Of a stretch of 64,000 bases of DNA, positions 24,854-37,249 are shown piece by piece (positions within the stretch are counted from its first letter, which is position 1; the number at the start of each line of letters is the position of its first letter). The position numbers and the translations under genes are program-made. The notes under the pieces were generated by a model, which saw nothing but the letters and a program-made list of their open reading frames with translations, had not been told where the DNA came from and ran no database searches. The DNA is from Takakia lepidozioides (taxonomy: Eukaryota; Plantae; Bryophyta), in NCBI GenBank assembly GCA_030704615.1, contig CM060731.1, positions 61,504,001 through 61,568,000 on the forward strand, read 5' to 3'.

Positions 24854-25052
24854 CGTAAAGGACTTTTGGGAGCAGATTCTGCGAGGCCCTGATTGGCTGC
24901 AGGCCAAAATGAGGCAATTAAAGTCAAACTGCCGATTAGGAGAGTCAAACAGCCGATTAGGAACGCAGAAAGCGCCAGCGCCGTGGAGCGTCGATCTTCT
25001 GCATCCTAATTTGCCTAAAAACCGGCAGAATCTGCCCCCAAAATCGTTTACG
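24854..25052. mobile_element. Small element with terminal inverted repeats (MITE-like)
   Basis: CGTAAAGGACTTTTGGGAGCAGATTCTGC versus GCAGAATCTGCCCCCAAAATCGTTTACG; a diverged copy of the right half is at ~26925-27010. Confidence 0.55.
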
Positions 25053-25289
25053 TTCTAGATTGCGAGAAGCTTAGGAATGTGGTGCCAATGCGATATCAAC
25101 GGATGGAATGTCTGCAAAATAGAAATATATGACGAGAAAGGAGCAGCCTTTGCCAAGATCATATACATATTTTTGGTGCAGAATTAGGTCTTTCATTGAG
25201 GCGTCTTTAGTTCCATTTGGACTTTCTATGACTTCATTATGACATCCTTTAGACCATCTGGATTTATTACTTGATTCAGAGCTGAAAAC

Positions 25290-26760
25290 TTAACCCACCC
25301 CTAAAGGACGAGAGGTGTTTTTGGATAATTACGGGACCCAACCTCACACGTCAGCGGATACCTGCCCACTAACATTCATCCACGTGGATTAACCGTACAA
25401 ACTTCTTCCTACCTACCAGATGCACAAGCCCCCCAAATTTGGGGAGATTCCACTGTGTTTGGGAGATTATAACATTTGAAGATGGTGCATTTTTTGGAAA
25501 ATGGAAAAAACAAAGCAAAAGTTCATGTTTGACCAAGCAAATTATCCATGGTCCCAAATTTTCCTGGGAGAAAAAGTGCTATATTCTTGTGAAGTGCACA
25601 ATCCCAAACCAGCATACCAAATTTCACCCCAATGTGCTAAAATGAAGGGGGGGTGCTTTGTATGTGACCGGAATGGGGGTCCAGAAAGAGAATTTGCAAA
25701 GGAAATGGTATAAGCCCCATTGGGACCCCAAAATTCTTTCAATTGGGAATTCCAATGGTCAATCCCTCATAGGCCAAGAACTACACAAGCCTGCCCAAAA
25801 ATTTCCCAAAAATACCCTAAATTGCATTTGGGACGTGGGATTTTGTGAAATTTAGCCTCATCCAGGTCAGGCAATCGGTGGCCGGAATTTCGCCTGAATC
25901 CGGCGACGTTTTCCGGGCCACGTCGAGGTTTCCCATTATTTGCCAGGGCCACCTCATTCGAGCCGTCCCGATGTTCCTCGGCGTTTTGGGGAGGGCCTCA
26001 CAAGCACCCGGCGCTGTCGGGTTCCTTCTTTGTGGACTTGTCAACTACCACCAGACACGGTGACCTTAGCAGACATGGGACAAGCCTGACAAGCAAGTTT
26101 ACACACTGAACTGAGGGGGAGTCGAACCCCCTGATCTGCCCTCATATGCAGATACTCCCCCCCCCCACACACACACACCCACATGTTCATCGACCCCGGA
26201 GTTGATGTGCCTCACGCCAACAATTGCCAAGACACATGAATGCATCCTCGCATTGGGGACAGAAGTAGTGGGTATGCAGCGCACAACGGATGCACACACG
26301 ATGAAGCGGGTTGTGTAAAGAGGAATGGCAGCGGGCAGGCTCTATCGCCAACACGAATGCACGAACCGGACGCACAGACAGCCTACCAGGAGCTATAAGG
26401 GTGTGTGCCAAGGCCAGCAAGAACTGCAGATGGGTCAAGGGACGCAACCCCCTCGCTCGCATGTGATAGACATGCAAGATGTAAGAATTCACAATCGTGG
26501 TGTCCACAAGGAAAAAAAGCACTATATGCCACCATTTATGAGTCTTCAGCTGCATGTTATATGCAGTTCGCATCTGGTTTTATATATCTACACCACGCAT
26601 GTAAGTTTGGTGTTGAACATGCATTGGAACAGAAGGCACATGCACCCTAAGGGCCCATACTTTGATGGCCCACTTGCATGGTTTTTAGGCATATACTGCC
26701 GTATAGCACAATACTTACCTTTGTACCTTATCATAATTTCGTCAATTGTTAGCAATTGTC
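25290..26760 (-). mobile_element. piggyBac-superfamily transposon remnant (3' part of transposase plus terminus)
   Basis: 26187-26640 encodes HQTYMRGVDI*NQMRTAY..KTHKWWHIVLFFLVDTTIVNSYIL..THLQFLLALAHTL..CIRC..THYFCPQC..MCLGNCWREAH, i.e. the third catalytic Asp region and Cys-rich C-terminal domain of piggyBac transposases. TTAA-CCCA-CCCCTAAAGGAC terminus at 25290-25309. Confidence 0.8.
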
Positions 26761-27480
26761 GCGCAGGATACTTGAGCAGATGGGTCTATGGGAGGTGGTC
26801 GAGGCCTGTAGTAGGACTCCGTATGTATAGAGAGCCAGGCTACCGCGTCATAGCCGGCCTCCTTAGGGCCAATCAGAAGGCGGCTATGCGGAGAGCAAGA
26901 TGCTCTCGACTGCTATGAATGCATAATGCGCCAGCGCCAAGGAGCAACAATCTTTGCTTCCTAATTTGCCTCAAAAACGGCACAATCTCCCCCAAAATCC
27001 TTTACATTACGAGCACGTCCGGTATAGGTGCGAATTATGTATAGGGTAAGGCCGAGGACGGGGGCCTTACCCTGGTAAAGACACAGCCAAGGATTTCCTT
27101 TACCATCGACGGCTGGGATCATCTAAATCGGACGGCTCACAAGAGCAAGAACCTTATGCGACGTAAGGTGCCTTCCACTGGAGGAGAGGAGGAGGTGTAA
27201 GGTGCCCTGCTCACCTGGCATGAAAATTCCTCTGTGTAAGGCGCCATCCTCTCTAACTAAAAAATCTTGGCCGGGTCTTTACGCGTGCATAATGCACTTT
27301 GCATTTTTTCTCTTTGTATTTATCGTGCCGTCGAAAACCAGAATTCATCGCTTGGCCGGGCGGGGCATTACACTCCCCTGTAATGCACTGGGCAGCGAGG
27401 CTGGTGCATTACACTGGGGTGTAATGTCCGTCCTACCTTTTTGACCCTTTTTGTACCTTTTTGTTGCACGTGCTTTATGC

Positions 27481-27579
27481 AGTGTAATGCCATGAGTGGA
27501 GGGCATTCCTGGATTTTGGGGCCTTCCCTAGGCCAGTGCCCTCAAATCCAGGAATGCCCTCCACTCATGGCATTACACT
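27481..27579. repeat. Perfect 36-bp inverted repeat (hairpin)
   Basis: AGTGTAATGCCATGAGTGGAGGGCATTCCTGGATTT (27481-27516) and its exact reverse complement (27544-27579). Confidence 0.95.
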
Positions 27580-28552
27580 ATACGTAATGTGCAGGCAGAG
27601 AATCGCCAAGCTTGTCAATTATGCAGGGGCTACCTGCCCCGCCTATATGGCTCCACAATGAGCCTCTGAAACGGGAGAATCAGACGGCTGTTCTTGACCT
27701 AACTTGGAGCCAATTTCACAAGGGAAACAATATCTGTGCAGGCTGTGATGTTAGGAAACCACCAGTCGGTTGCTCAAGTGATTCGGGGTTCACCTACTGC
27801 TACCACTTGGGCATGGTATTGTCTGGTTTTGTGGCCTTTGCGTCTGGTCTGGGGTTCAGTCCTCTATACATAGCTTTTTGATATTTTCAAAACCAAAGGG
27901 AAGGGAGGCCTTGTTACTCAAACTAATGGAGGTGCAACAGGAAAAAATGACGTTGGTAGGGTCATAAGGCAATACAATGGGGGGAAACTTCCTTTTCATA
28001 TGGGAGGTTGATTTCCCCCCCTCCTCCTGGAAGGGCCTGAATTGTGAGAAGTAATACCAAAAAAATTGAAAACTTTCTAGGGACACATGCATAAATGCAG
28101 TGCTAGTGGACGAGTTGCATCACCAAATGACTACAACAATTGAGAGGTAGTGTAATCTTTATAACAATCAGTCGATCAAATCCAAAGTCTAAAAGTCTAA
28201 AATGATGCAGTCAAATTTGGTGGATACTTTCTACAGGATGTTCTGCAAGTGAAACTTTCACACTGAGTGCTACTTCTCTAGCCGTAGGTGGCAAATCCTC
28301 ACTTGAAAGGTTGTACTCCCGCAGGCAGTTCTTTCAACCCTGCAGTTTATTCCTGCCTTCAGAAAAAGCTGTCCATGACTCCTAAGGATCTTTGTGAAGC
28401 TGTAGCATCGCTCATTTCTGGCCACCCCATAAACTTACCAACATAGCCTGTCTCCGTACAAATCAGGGGCCTGAAGTTGCGGGTCCCTGAAGTCTGTCAA
28501 TAAGCAGTTCAAAGTTGATCCAATTCTCAGATAAAAGAGATGGGAACTAGAG

Positions 28553-31500
28553 TTATCGGAGCTCCTCCTCCCCATGTGCAAAATTGCAGTGCTGCCCTGC
28601 AGTACAGTAGCCCCTTTCATAGAACTTACACAGCTTAGTCTTATAGAAGCGGTAGGATGGCTCCGTGTGATCATAGTGGAGATAATCCATCAGTTCATCC
28701 CCTGCATTCATGTCCTCATTAGGGCCATAGAAGTTGTTTGGTTCTTGCACATCATCATCAGACTCAGTGTCAGAATTGATGGGAGATCGAACAATGTTTC
28801 GCTCGTCCCAAAGCTTGCAGCTGCAGGTTTGCTTCTTCTCTTTCCACTCTGCTCCGCATTTGTAACAGAACTCGTACCCACACCTGGACAAAAGAACAAG
28901 CGCTAATTTCATTGAATGGAGAGGAAAGCTGCTCTGCATACCAGTGGTGTGGTCTCTCTCTATCTCCAGTTGATGGTTGGATATCTACCGGGTTTAGATA
29001 TATTTTTGGTCATGGGATCTGTAAGGTTCTGGTGACTCTATTGAGGGGTCCACAGAGGCCCAGAATAAGCAAATTGTTCAGAAAAAATTTGCTTGAGGTT
29101 TTCTCCATGGTGCTACAAGGGCAAGGGGAGGGAGAGCACCTCCAGTGAGTTTTCTCATGCACAAGCAAGACGTTAGCCTTAAGCTCGCATCTGTGCCAGG
29201 TCTCAGAGTTTGTGAACGAAAAACTGTCAATGATTTACCTGGATGTCATGGGTATACATATTGTTTCACCAATGAATGGGACCAGGAAATCTTGCTGAAG
29301 AGCATTATGATGTGCAAAGCATCAGTACCTGCGGGTTGATGCACCATAATAGCTTTGTCACCATTCACTATTCCTCATTTTGTTAGGCCTACTGGTTTAG
29401 GGTTAGGACAGTTTAGTAATCTTGCTGAAGAGTATCAGTGTACAAATGCAGTAGTAACAGACTGGTTTACACACCCAACACAAACTTTGTCATCCATTGA
29501 CCATTAGTGGTTTTGGGTATAACATCATTTATTATAATCAGCTACTAAGTTCCAAGTTGCACTGGTGAAAGCATTGTCAAGAGGGGAGAAACACAGAGAG
29601 ACAGAGTACCTGCACGTCATGTGGTAGCAACCTTCAGCAAGCTCAATCATACACCCGCATTTACAACAGCGCTGCCAGTGCTGGTTTGCCGCAAGCTTAT
29701 AGAGGTTGCTGTCTTCACCATCCCGGAGGTGAGGAGGAATGGACTGAAAATCCTGGCATGACAAGTTCTGGTGCCAAGCCACTCGGCATTCCACACAGAA
29801 GTTTCGCTCACACACCACACACTTAGTGCGGCTGATAGTTGTTAGGCGATGTGCCGATGAGCTGGCCTGAGCACCAAAACAGGTTAGCATCAAAGATAGC
29901 TTGAGTGGAACATGTGCTAGCAACTACTCCAAATTATCAAATTAACTGTGTACTCAAACCTACAGTGAAGGAGAAACTCGGAATAGAAGGTAATAGAGCT
30001 GTACCAACTAAGCAGCTCAAAAATACAACTTGATTCTGGGGACTGCAAGAAGTGAAAGGGAACTGTAGATTTACCATCTGTGAAACAAACCCACTCTTGT
30101 CCATGAGAGCTGAGCAATTTCGGAAGGGACAGTAAACCCTGTCTCTTTCAGGAATACTGTCCTCTGCCAAGCGTTTGGTGAAAGAATTGAACACCTCTGA
30201 GGAGAGAAAGTTGCGGCACTCATCCACAGCTACCATTTTCGGGCACTTATCCTGTGGGGATGATTAACAAAGAAGAACACATTAGTTTGACTGTAAAGGC
30301 AGATTCCCTTCCAGCGTATTGGGATAAATTAAGCAGCGTGCCCAAAGAGAAACAAAAGAAGAGAAAGGGAATCTATTGCATCTGCAGAAGACCCAAAGGG
30401 CGCAATTGGTGAAAGAGAAACTTTATAACCTCCACAGGAAGCTTAGGGAGCTTATTGGACAAACAAAAGACGACGGAATATACAATATTTGGGCCCCCAC
30501 CAACCAGCTCACAGAGAGCCAGGGGGGGGGGGAGGGTGGCAAGGTGGCAAGGTGGTAGACACAACTCCCTGCCCATCAGGTCAGTCACAGAAGTGGTATA
30601 TCTCATTGGTACTCACCATGGGGAGGAGACCTGAGAAACCCGAGTTTAACTGAACATTAAATCAGACAAAGAGCATGCTCCTATTCCAGGACAAACCACT
30701 CTGTGTGCAGAAAGAAACGCACAAATACCACTGCGGTGAATATTCCAAGCGATGATGGGTATATATTCAATATTACCTGAGGACAGCGAATGCGGACCTG
30801 CCTTGCTTGCACTTGTACCTCTGCATGCAGCTTCATACACGCCACACAAAACTTGTGCATACACTCTTTCAGAGTAGCCATATCCAAGGGAGCCTTGTCT
30901 TCCAGACATATCCCACAGCGCTCAAGGATTGTCGTCCCCTCTCTGCCCTCTCTGCCATAGTGACCTTTGATCTCCTTAGCACATGGAATTTACTGGGGCT
31001 TTTGCAAACCGTGGGTTGTGGACTAACAAGGTGGAGCTACAAAAGTAAGAAATTACTGAATCAATAAAATGTGATACATACCCACTTCTGTTTTTGGAGC
31101 CTGAAGTGCCTGTACACATATCTCCACCTGTACAGTTTGCTGACCTTGTGAGCTGTTTAGCCAAGTGGTTATTTATGGCATGTGTGGCCAGACCATTGAC
31201 AAGCGACCCTGTCGCTTTGGGCAGGTAGCCGAATGAGAAACTGCTGAACTTTTTGGTACACTCCCTGACTTGGCCCAAGAGTTCTGCTAGATTCACCTTT
31301 TGCACTGCCCATATTTTATTTATCTGTCCCGCGCAAACAACGGGTCACTCTTGTTGCCTTTGTGAAGAAAAGTAACAGTATCGTGTGTCTAATCCCATCT
31401 GTTGGATAAGCAGACACCGAGCCTTGATTCAAACAAGAGAATTATGACTCCCAGTCACATCTTCCATATCCCTTTGCAAACACATCCGCTAAAAACGAAT

Positions 31501-32275
31501 CTGAACACCGTACGACGTTGACATGTTGTGAATACCAAATGTTGTACTTCATCATTCTATTGAGGTCAGGTCGAAGACAGACAAGCAAGGAACATAGAAT
31601 TACTAACCTGATTGCAAACAGGTAGGGATGTCCCATAAGCCTCAATATCCTTAATTTTCAACTTGTCAGCAAACGAGAGCCCATCCAGCAAAGCGTATAC
31701 TCCGCAACATGCCGGCTCATACCATGACCTAGATACTTGCTCTGCTGCCACAAAACTTTGCCTGCTGGATCAACCAATATCCAGCCTAACCCCACATGGC
31801 CCTCACTGCCATGTTCCCCTTGAATTATTAAACTAAAAGAGTAGCCACTATCACATTGCGCTTGCGGACCCTCAGATGAAAACGGTCGCTCCATAATGTC
31901 ACCATACTCCTCCCATTCATCAGCAGCCACGCAAGAGATTGATTGCGCAAACTCCCTATCATGCATTCGCTGCTGTAGCTGACGGGAAACCGCAAGGACC
32001 TCCTCCTCTGCCGCCCCATGGTCCACCACCTCCTGCTGGCATCGCTCAAGTTCCTGGCTCTGCATCCGCACTGCCAGCAACCCATCATCCGGCACCACTT
32101 CATCCACACTGGAATCTCTTCTGGCTGCCCAGGCATCGTACTCCACCCCGGCCGAGGCCGCAAGCACTTCCTCAATCTGCAGGTGGAAAGCGTAATCAAG
32201 GTCGGAATATACCGCCGACGCCACGGAGAGCTCGCGCGACTGCGCAGATACGAACTCCAGATCGTGTGCCGCCAT
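28553..32275 (-). CDS. RBR (RING1-IBR-RING2) E3 ubiquitin ligase, RSL1/RFA-like, with RNase H-like domain and C-terminal CCCH zinc finger; apparent 1-nt frameshift in exon 1
   Basis: DLDYAFHLQIEEVLAAS..HDREFA N-terminus; RNase H-like GLGWILVDP..VAEY/ALLDGL; RING1 CGICLED..CMHKFCVAC..CP; IBR YCPFRNCSALM..CVVCERNFCVECRVAWH..C; RING2 WQRCCKCGCMIELAEGCYHMTCRCGYEFCYKC; then YKTKLCKFYERGYCTAGQHCNFAHG. Exons ~32275-31608, 31323-31082, ~31035-30778, 30251-30075, 29866-29609, 28884-28553. Confidence 0.85.
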
Positions 32276-32539
32276 GGCCAGTCCCTCCCCTACAGCCCTT
32301 CTGCCACCTTACTGCCCACTCACTTCTCTTCGTATGCTAAGCCAAACAAGAGAGACGAACTTACCATAACACATAGGGCTGGTAGTGCTTTCTTTCCAGT
32401 GACATTAGGAATATTTCTCTGGACATTCCACATATTCCTTATATATTCCCAATCCATCCCTATCTTGCTTTTCTGCACCTTGAAAATCCCATTCACTACC
32501 TACTACGTCAATTATGATAAAAGTAGATGAATATTTCTT

Positions 32540-35500
32540 TCAAAAGATGAACCAAAGAAGAGCACTGCAACATATTTCAGAGCTCTTCATTGACAGCACC
32601 GGGTCCAAATCGTCTAACCCCAATGTGTGGCCAAGCTTTCACACATTTCCAATCGTTTCTTCAAGCAGACCCGGCCAACCCTCTTAAGCTCCAACACCTC
32701 ACCCGCGGCCTTCAAGCCATACCAAGAAAGTTGGACCCTGCTGAGCTGGAGCATCTGGATGCTCCCTTCACGGCTATGGAGCTCGAAGACGCTCTGGACC
32801 TCATGAACAATAACAAAGCCCCAGGCATTGATGGAATGCCAACTGAATTTTACAAAGCTCTTTGGTCGGACATCTCAGAGGATTTCTGTGCCATGGCCAA
32901 TCAAATCAAATTAGAGGGCAACATGCCATCTGATTTATCGAAAGGGGTCATCACTCTTCTTCACAAGAAAGGTGACAGGGCAGATATTGGAAATTACAGG
33001 CCTATAACACTTTTAAATGTGGCATACAAGATTGTGGCCAAAACCTTAGCATTAAGAATTCAGCCTCTCCTCCCTTCCACTATTAGAACCGGTCAGGCCA
33101 GTTTTATCAAGGGAAGATACATCCTCGACAACGTTCTACTGGCCCAGGAAGCAATATCCTACGCGGAAAAAACCAACCAAGCACTGGCATTATGGCTCCT
33201 GGATTTCGAGCAGGCTTTTGACAGAGTAGACTGGGAATTTCTTCTTGCGGTGCTTAACAAGATAGGGTTGCCACCGGGTATTTGCTCGTGGGTTCAGATC
33301 CTGCTCTCTAACTCCTCCTGCATAGTCTCCATCAACGGTCATCTATCTAGACCATTTCCACTGCAACGTTTGGTAAGACAAGGGTGCACTTTGGCCCCCT
33401 TCTTGTTCCTCTTTGTTGCCGACGCTCTTGGATATATGCTAGAAAACAACATCAGGGTAAAGGGCCTCATGCTTCAAAACCCCAGGTCCCAGCTCTGGTT
33501 ACAAGTTAAGGACTCTATGTTCATAGATGACACGTTCCTTCTTCTAGAGGCTTCCCTTGCTACTCTCGAGGCTGCAAAAGAGACCCTTCGCCAGTTCTGT
33601 CTGGCTTCGGGGTTCAAAGTGAACTAGACTAAGACCAAAACCTTGCTGGTTGGGGACCCTTCCATGTCCACCATTGGCATTGACCCAATCTGGGGAAGCA
33701 ATCTAGGCCTAGTGTGGCTGAAGAATGGGGAGGCAGCTACTCTGTTAGATTATACGATTGGGATCAATCTCACTGAAGAGCAAAGAATTGGCCCAATCAT
33801 TGCTAGGCTCAAAGCTACGCTGGCCTACTATTTTCCCTTGCACACAGTTGAGTTGGCTGACAACAAGATGCAGTAAGAGGTACCGCCATCTGTGGCCCTA
33901 AACCCTACCCTCTGACAGGTGTTGGTCCTCCTGTAGGTGCTAGTCCTTGAGGACCTGCTATTGTAGTGGTGGAACTCCCACCTGAGCACTCCCTGCTACT
34001 GCCCCTGTACTTGGAGTACCCTTAACTCCAGTTGCACTACTTCCCACACTCCCTTCCCCCCCCCCCCACCCAGCCAGATCCAAGCTGCCCGCCTGATCCC
34101 CTTGAGCCGACACCTATGTTGGCCCGGGATCCAAGTGCTCCACTTGATCCAGGTCCAACAGGTTGGGATGTCTTGGTTGTAATCTCAACCTCAACTGTTG
34201 GGTCTACTTCTTCATACTCTTCATCTTCCAAGTTCTTCTCTTGGATTTCTTTTTCCTCACTTATATAACTCAACTGAAGTGGTGTTGGAGAGTCTGAACT
34301 CTTTGTTGGCTCTGCCACATCTTCATCTCCTTCTTTGGCTTGTGTTTCAGAAACTGGAATTCCTGCTCTTGGTGTTCCATGCCAACTCTGATCAAAGATT
34401 TCTGTCAAATCTTTAACCCAGGGATGTACCTCAGATGTTTCCCCTCGTGGTTAGGCTCTCCGCTTTGGCAATCTATTTGGAGTGCTTGGAACTCCTTCCG
34501 CCCCTTCCTCAGAAAACTGGAACCAGTGACCTTTCCTGAAAGCTTGAGGCAGCATCTGTTCTTCAACTCCCCTTCACCCTCTGTTCAAGATAGGTCCTTG
34601 GCCAGAAGTGGGCTGCTTGGGAAACGAGAGGGATATCTCAGATCTAGCATTTATGGGTCAGCAGCCCCGCCTCCCTCAACTTATCTCTGGGAGCTTTGAG
34701 ACTTAGAGCCGGCATTACTAACATTATTCAATCAATACCAGACTCGTGGAAGCTCGCCCTCAGAGATGGTATGGCTCAAGGCCTCATCAATGGGTTTCCT
34801 CTCCGTTACACAACACCCACGTTATCTACATCACTGATATCTCTGAGGACTTGCCAAACACCCTTTTGGGCTATGAGTTTCTGGCTGATACCTTCTCGGG
34901 GGCTCTCTCTCTCCTCTCCAGGCAGAAGATCTCAGCTCCCTTCATGAATGCCAAACCAGTTAGGATCTGTCACTGGTCGGAAATAATGAAGAACTTCAAC
35001 CCTCTGGCTCCGCTGGATAGGCCTCTCTTGTCCGGCTGGCTGCAGGCAGCAAATAGACCCAGCGGAGTGGAATTGGGCCTTTGGCAGAAACATTGATCCC
35101 TTCTTTACCTATACCGCCAAAAAAGGTTACAGAGCCCTTCAAAATGCAAGGCCCTTATTTCAAAAATGGAACGACAAGTGGGGGCATGTCCAGTTCCATC
35201 AGGAGAATTGGAAATGTATCTGGTCCAACGTTTGGGACAAGGCCAAATCGGCAAAACTGTGCGCCTTCCTCTGGCGGGTGGCCAATAGGGTTCTCAATGT
35301 GGGTTAGTTCCTTAGCTTTATGCCACATGTATGCTCTTCTCTGCAAATGTTGCACTGTCGGAACCATTGAAACTCTTGAGCACTGTTTGCTCTTCTGTAC
35401 AGCCCCAAGCTCGATTTGGCCTTTGGTTCAGGCATTCTACGCCCCATGGGCAATTATGGCCATGGATCAGGTTACCATTCTGCTCAATTACAATCAAGAT

Positions 35501-35870
35501 ACCAAATCCAAAGCTTGTACCTGCCCAGTGTTCGAAGCGTTGAGAGGGGCCACTCTATGGCACATCTGGAAAGCCCGATGTACTTGGACTCTAGACAGCT
35601 CCAACACTTCCACGTCTGCCCACCTTACTAAGGTTTTTTTTATGTCACAATAGCTGCTAAGAAGGCCTAGACCAACTTGTGTGCAGACATCGACAGAGCT
35701 CCAGAATGTGGACATTCCATCCTATCAGCATTCAGGGCGACCTGGGGGAGGCAAGGCCTCATTTGTAGCTGCATTCATGAGCACACCTGCATCTGGCCCA
35801 ACACCATTCCGCTCCACTGGCAGCAACAAAGGGCCCTCCTCTTCGGCATCCCCGGAATTTGATACTTCCG
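32540..35870 (+). mobile_element. L1-clade LINE, 5'-truncated and degenerate
   Basis: KAPGIDGMPTEFY, NYRPITLLNVAYKI, LDFEQAFDRVDW, RQGCTLAPFLF, FIDD (for FADD); later zinc-binding C..ETLEHCLLFC and LWHIWKAR; several stops and frameshifts; unrelated insert at ~33830-34360. Confidence 0.9.
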
Positions 35871-37249
35871 AGATCAACTGGAAGCACATTAAGAAAGCTT
35901 CCAAATCTAGGCTCCTCTTTCATAGATAGATTCCTTCCCAAAATCAAAATTCTAGGCTTCTGACTGCCAGGGACATTATGAAGCCGCAGACCTCCTCAGC
36001 ATACGGTAATCTAGTGCATTTAGGCCTCGCTTTTCTGCAGCATTCTCTCCTTTACGTTTTGTTCTCTTTGTTTTGTTTCTTCTTTTGGGGAGGAGGGTTC
36101 GATCAACCACATTTCCTGCCAACCTCCACCCTACTGTCAGAACCAGAAGGACTTCTCCTGGCCCCTCAGGCATGAAATCCAAATTGGGGTGATTGCATAC
36201 TTAGCAAAACACTGCAATGTTACAGTCAATGGAGGAGGAGATGAAGATGGAGGTGAAGATGGAGGTGCAAGTGAAGATAGTGTGGATGCTGGAGATGAAG
36301 ATGCAAGCAGTCAAGGGAGGCATCACCAAAGCTCGCATGAACATGACACACCCACACAAATGCAAGTGAGGAATCTATGTTCACAGGGAGCCCAACACAA
36401 TTTGGTAGCAGACTGAAGGACTTCGGGCTGCTCTAGAGACTGTGTCTGCTCTAATATTCTGAGTGTAAGTTTCATACCCTGAAGCTGGGGCATTATCATT
36501 GCTGACTTGCCTTAACAGCCTCTCAAACGAATTTGAAAACAGTTTTATCCTTTCCATCAAGTACTAGAATCCCTCCTGTTTTAACCTCAGCTCCCTGGTT
36601 TGCATCGTCACACACTGTATCTCGAGGTCGTGAGGTTTGATTGGGCCTCCCTTTCTTCAGCAGTGGATCTGAAACCTATTTAACAACATGGGCAACACAA
36701 CCTCCGTCTGGAGATGATTCTGGCCTTATGTAAATCTTCAGCCAATTATTTGTAGTACCTTACAACTAATGGTGAAACTCTCAAAGCTAAGAAGCAGAGT
36801 TTTAAAATTGAGAGTAAGTCCACATCGTATATTCACACAAGAGAGAGCAGATGGAGGAAAACTTTCTAGTCAATTGAGTTGCATGGTTTGCAACTAAACT
36901 AAGACGGTACACCCCTCCAGTTTTGAATAAGAGCCTCCCATGGGCAAGGTCCTTGTTGTTGGTGGCTATTAGGTGCCTTTTGAAGGCTTGACCTGTGGTG
37001 CTTTAAAAATTTGTGTTCTCCACTTAAGATTGAAGTGCAAATATGATGACTGATATATGTCCCACCATGACAGAAACAAGCCCAACAGGAAAGTGCTACA
37101 GCTATTCTTTTGTAAGTCTGCCCCAAGATTTCCCTCCATGGGTGTGCAGAGGGATTGAAGACAACTAGTGGCAAATGCCAGTCGGGAATCGCAAAAGGCT
37201 TTTCTTTACACAGGCATGTGGAACGTACAAAGCCTGGGCCTCGCAGGAC

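Noticed and set aside
36189-36900. Acidic Gly/Asp/Glu ORF and adjacent coding-like sequence
   Set aside because: Low complexity with no identifiable domain.
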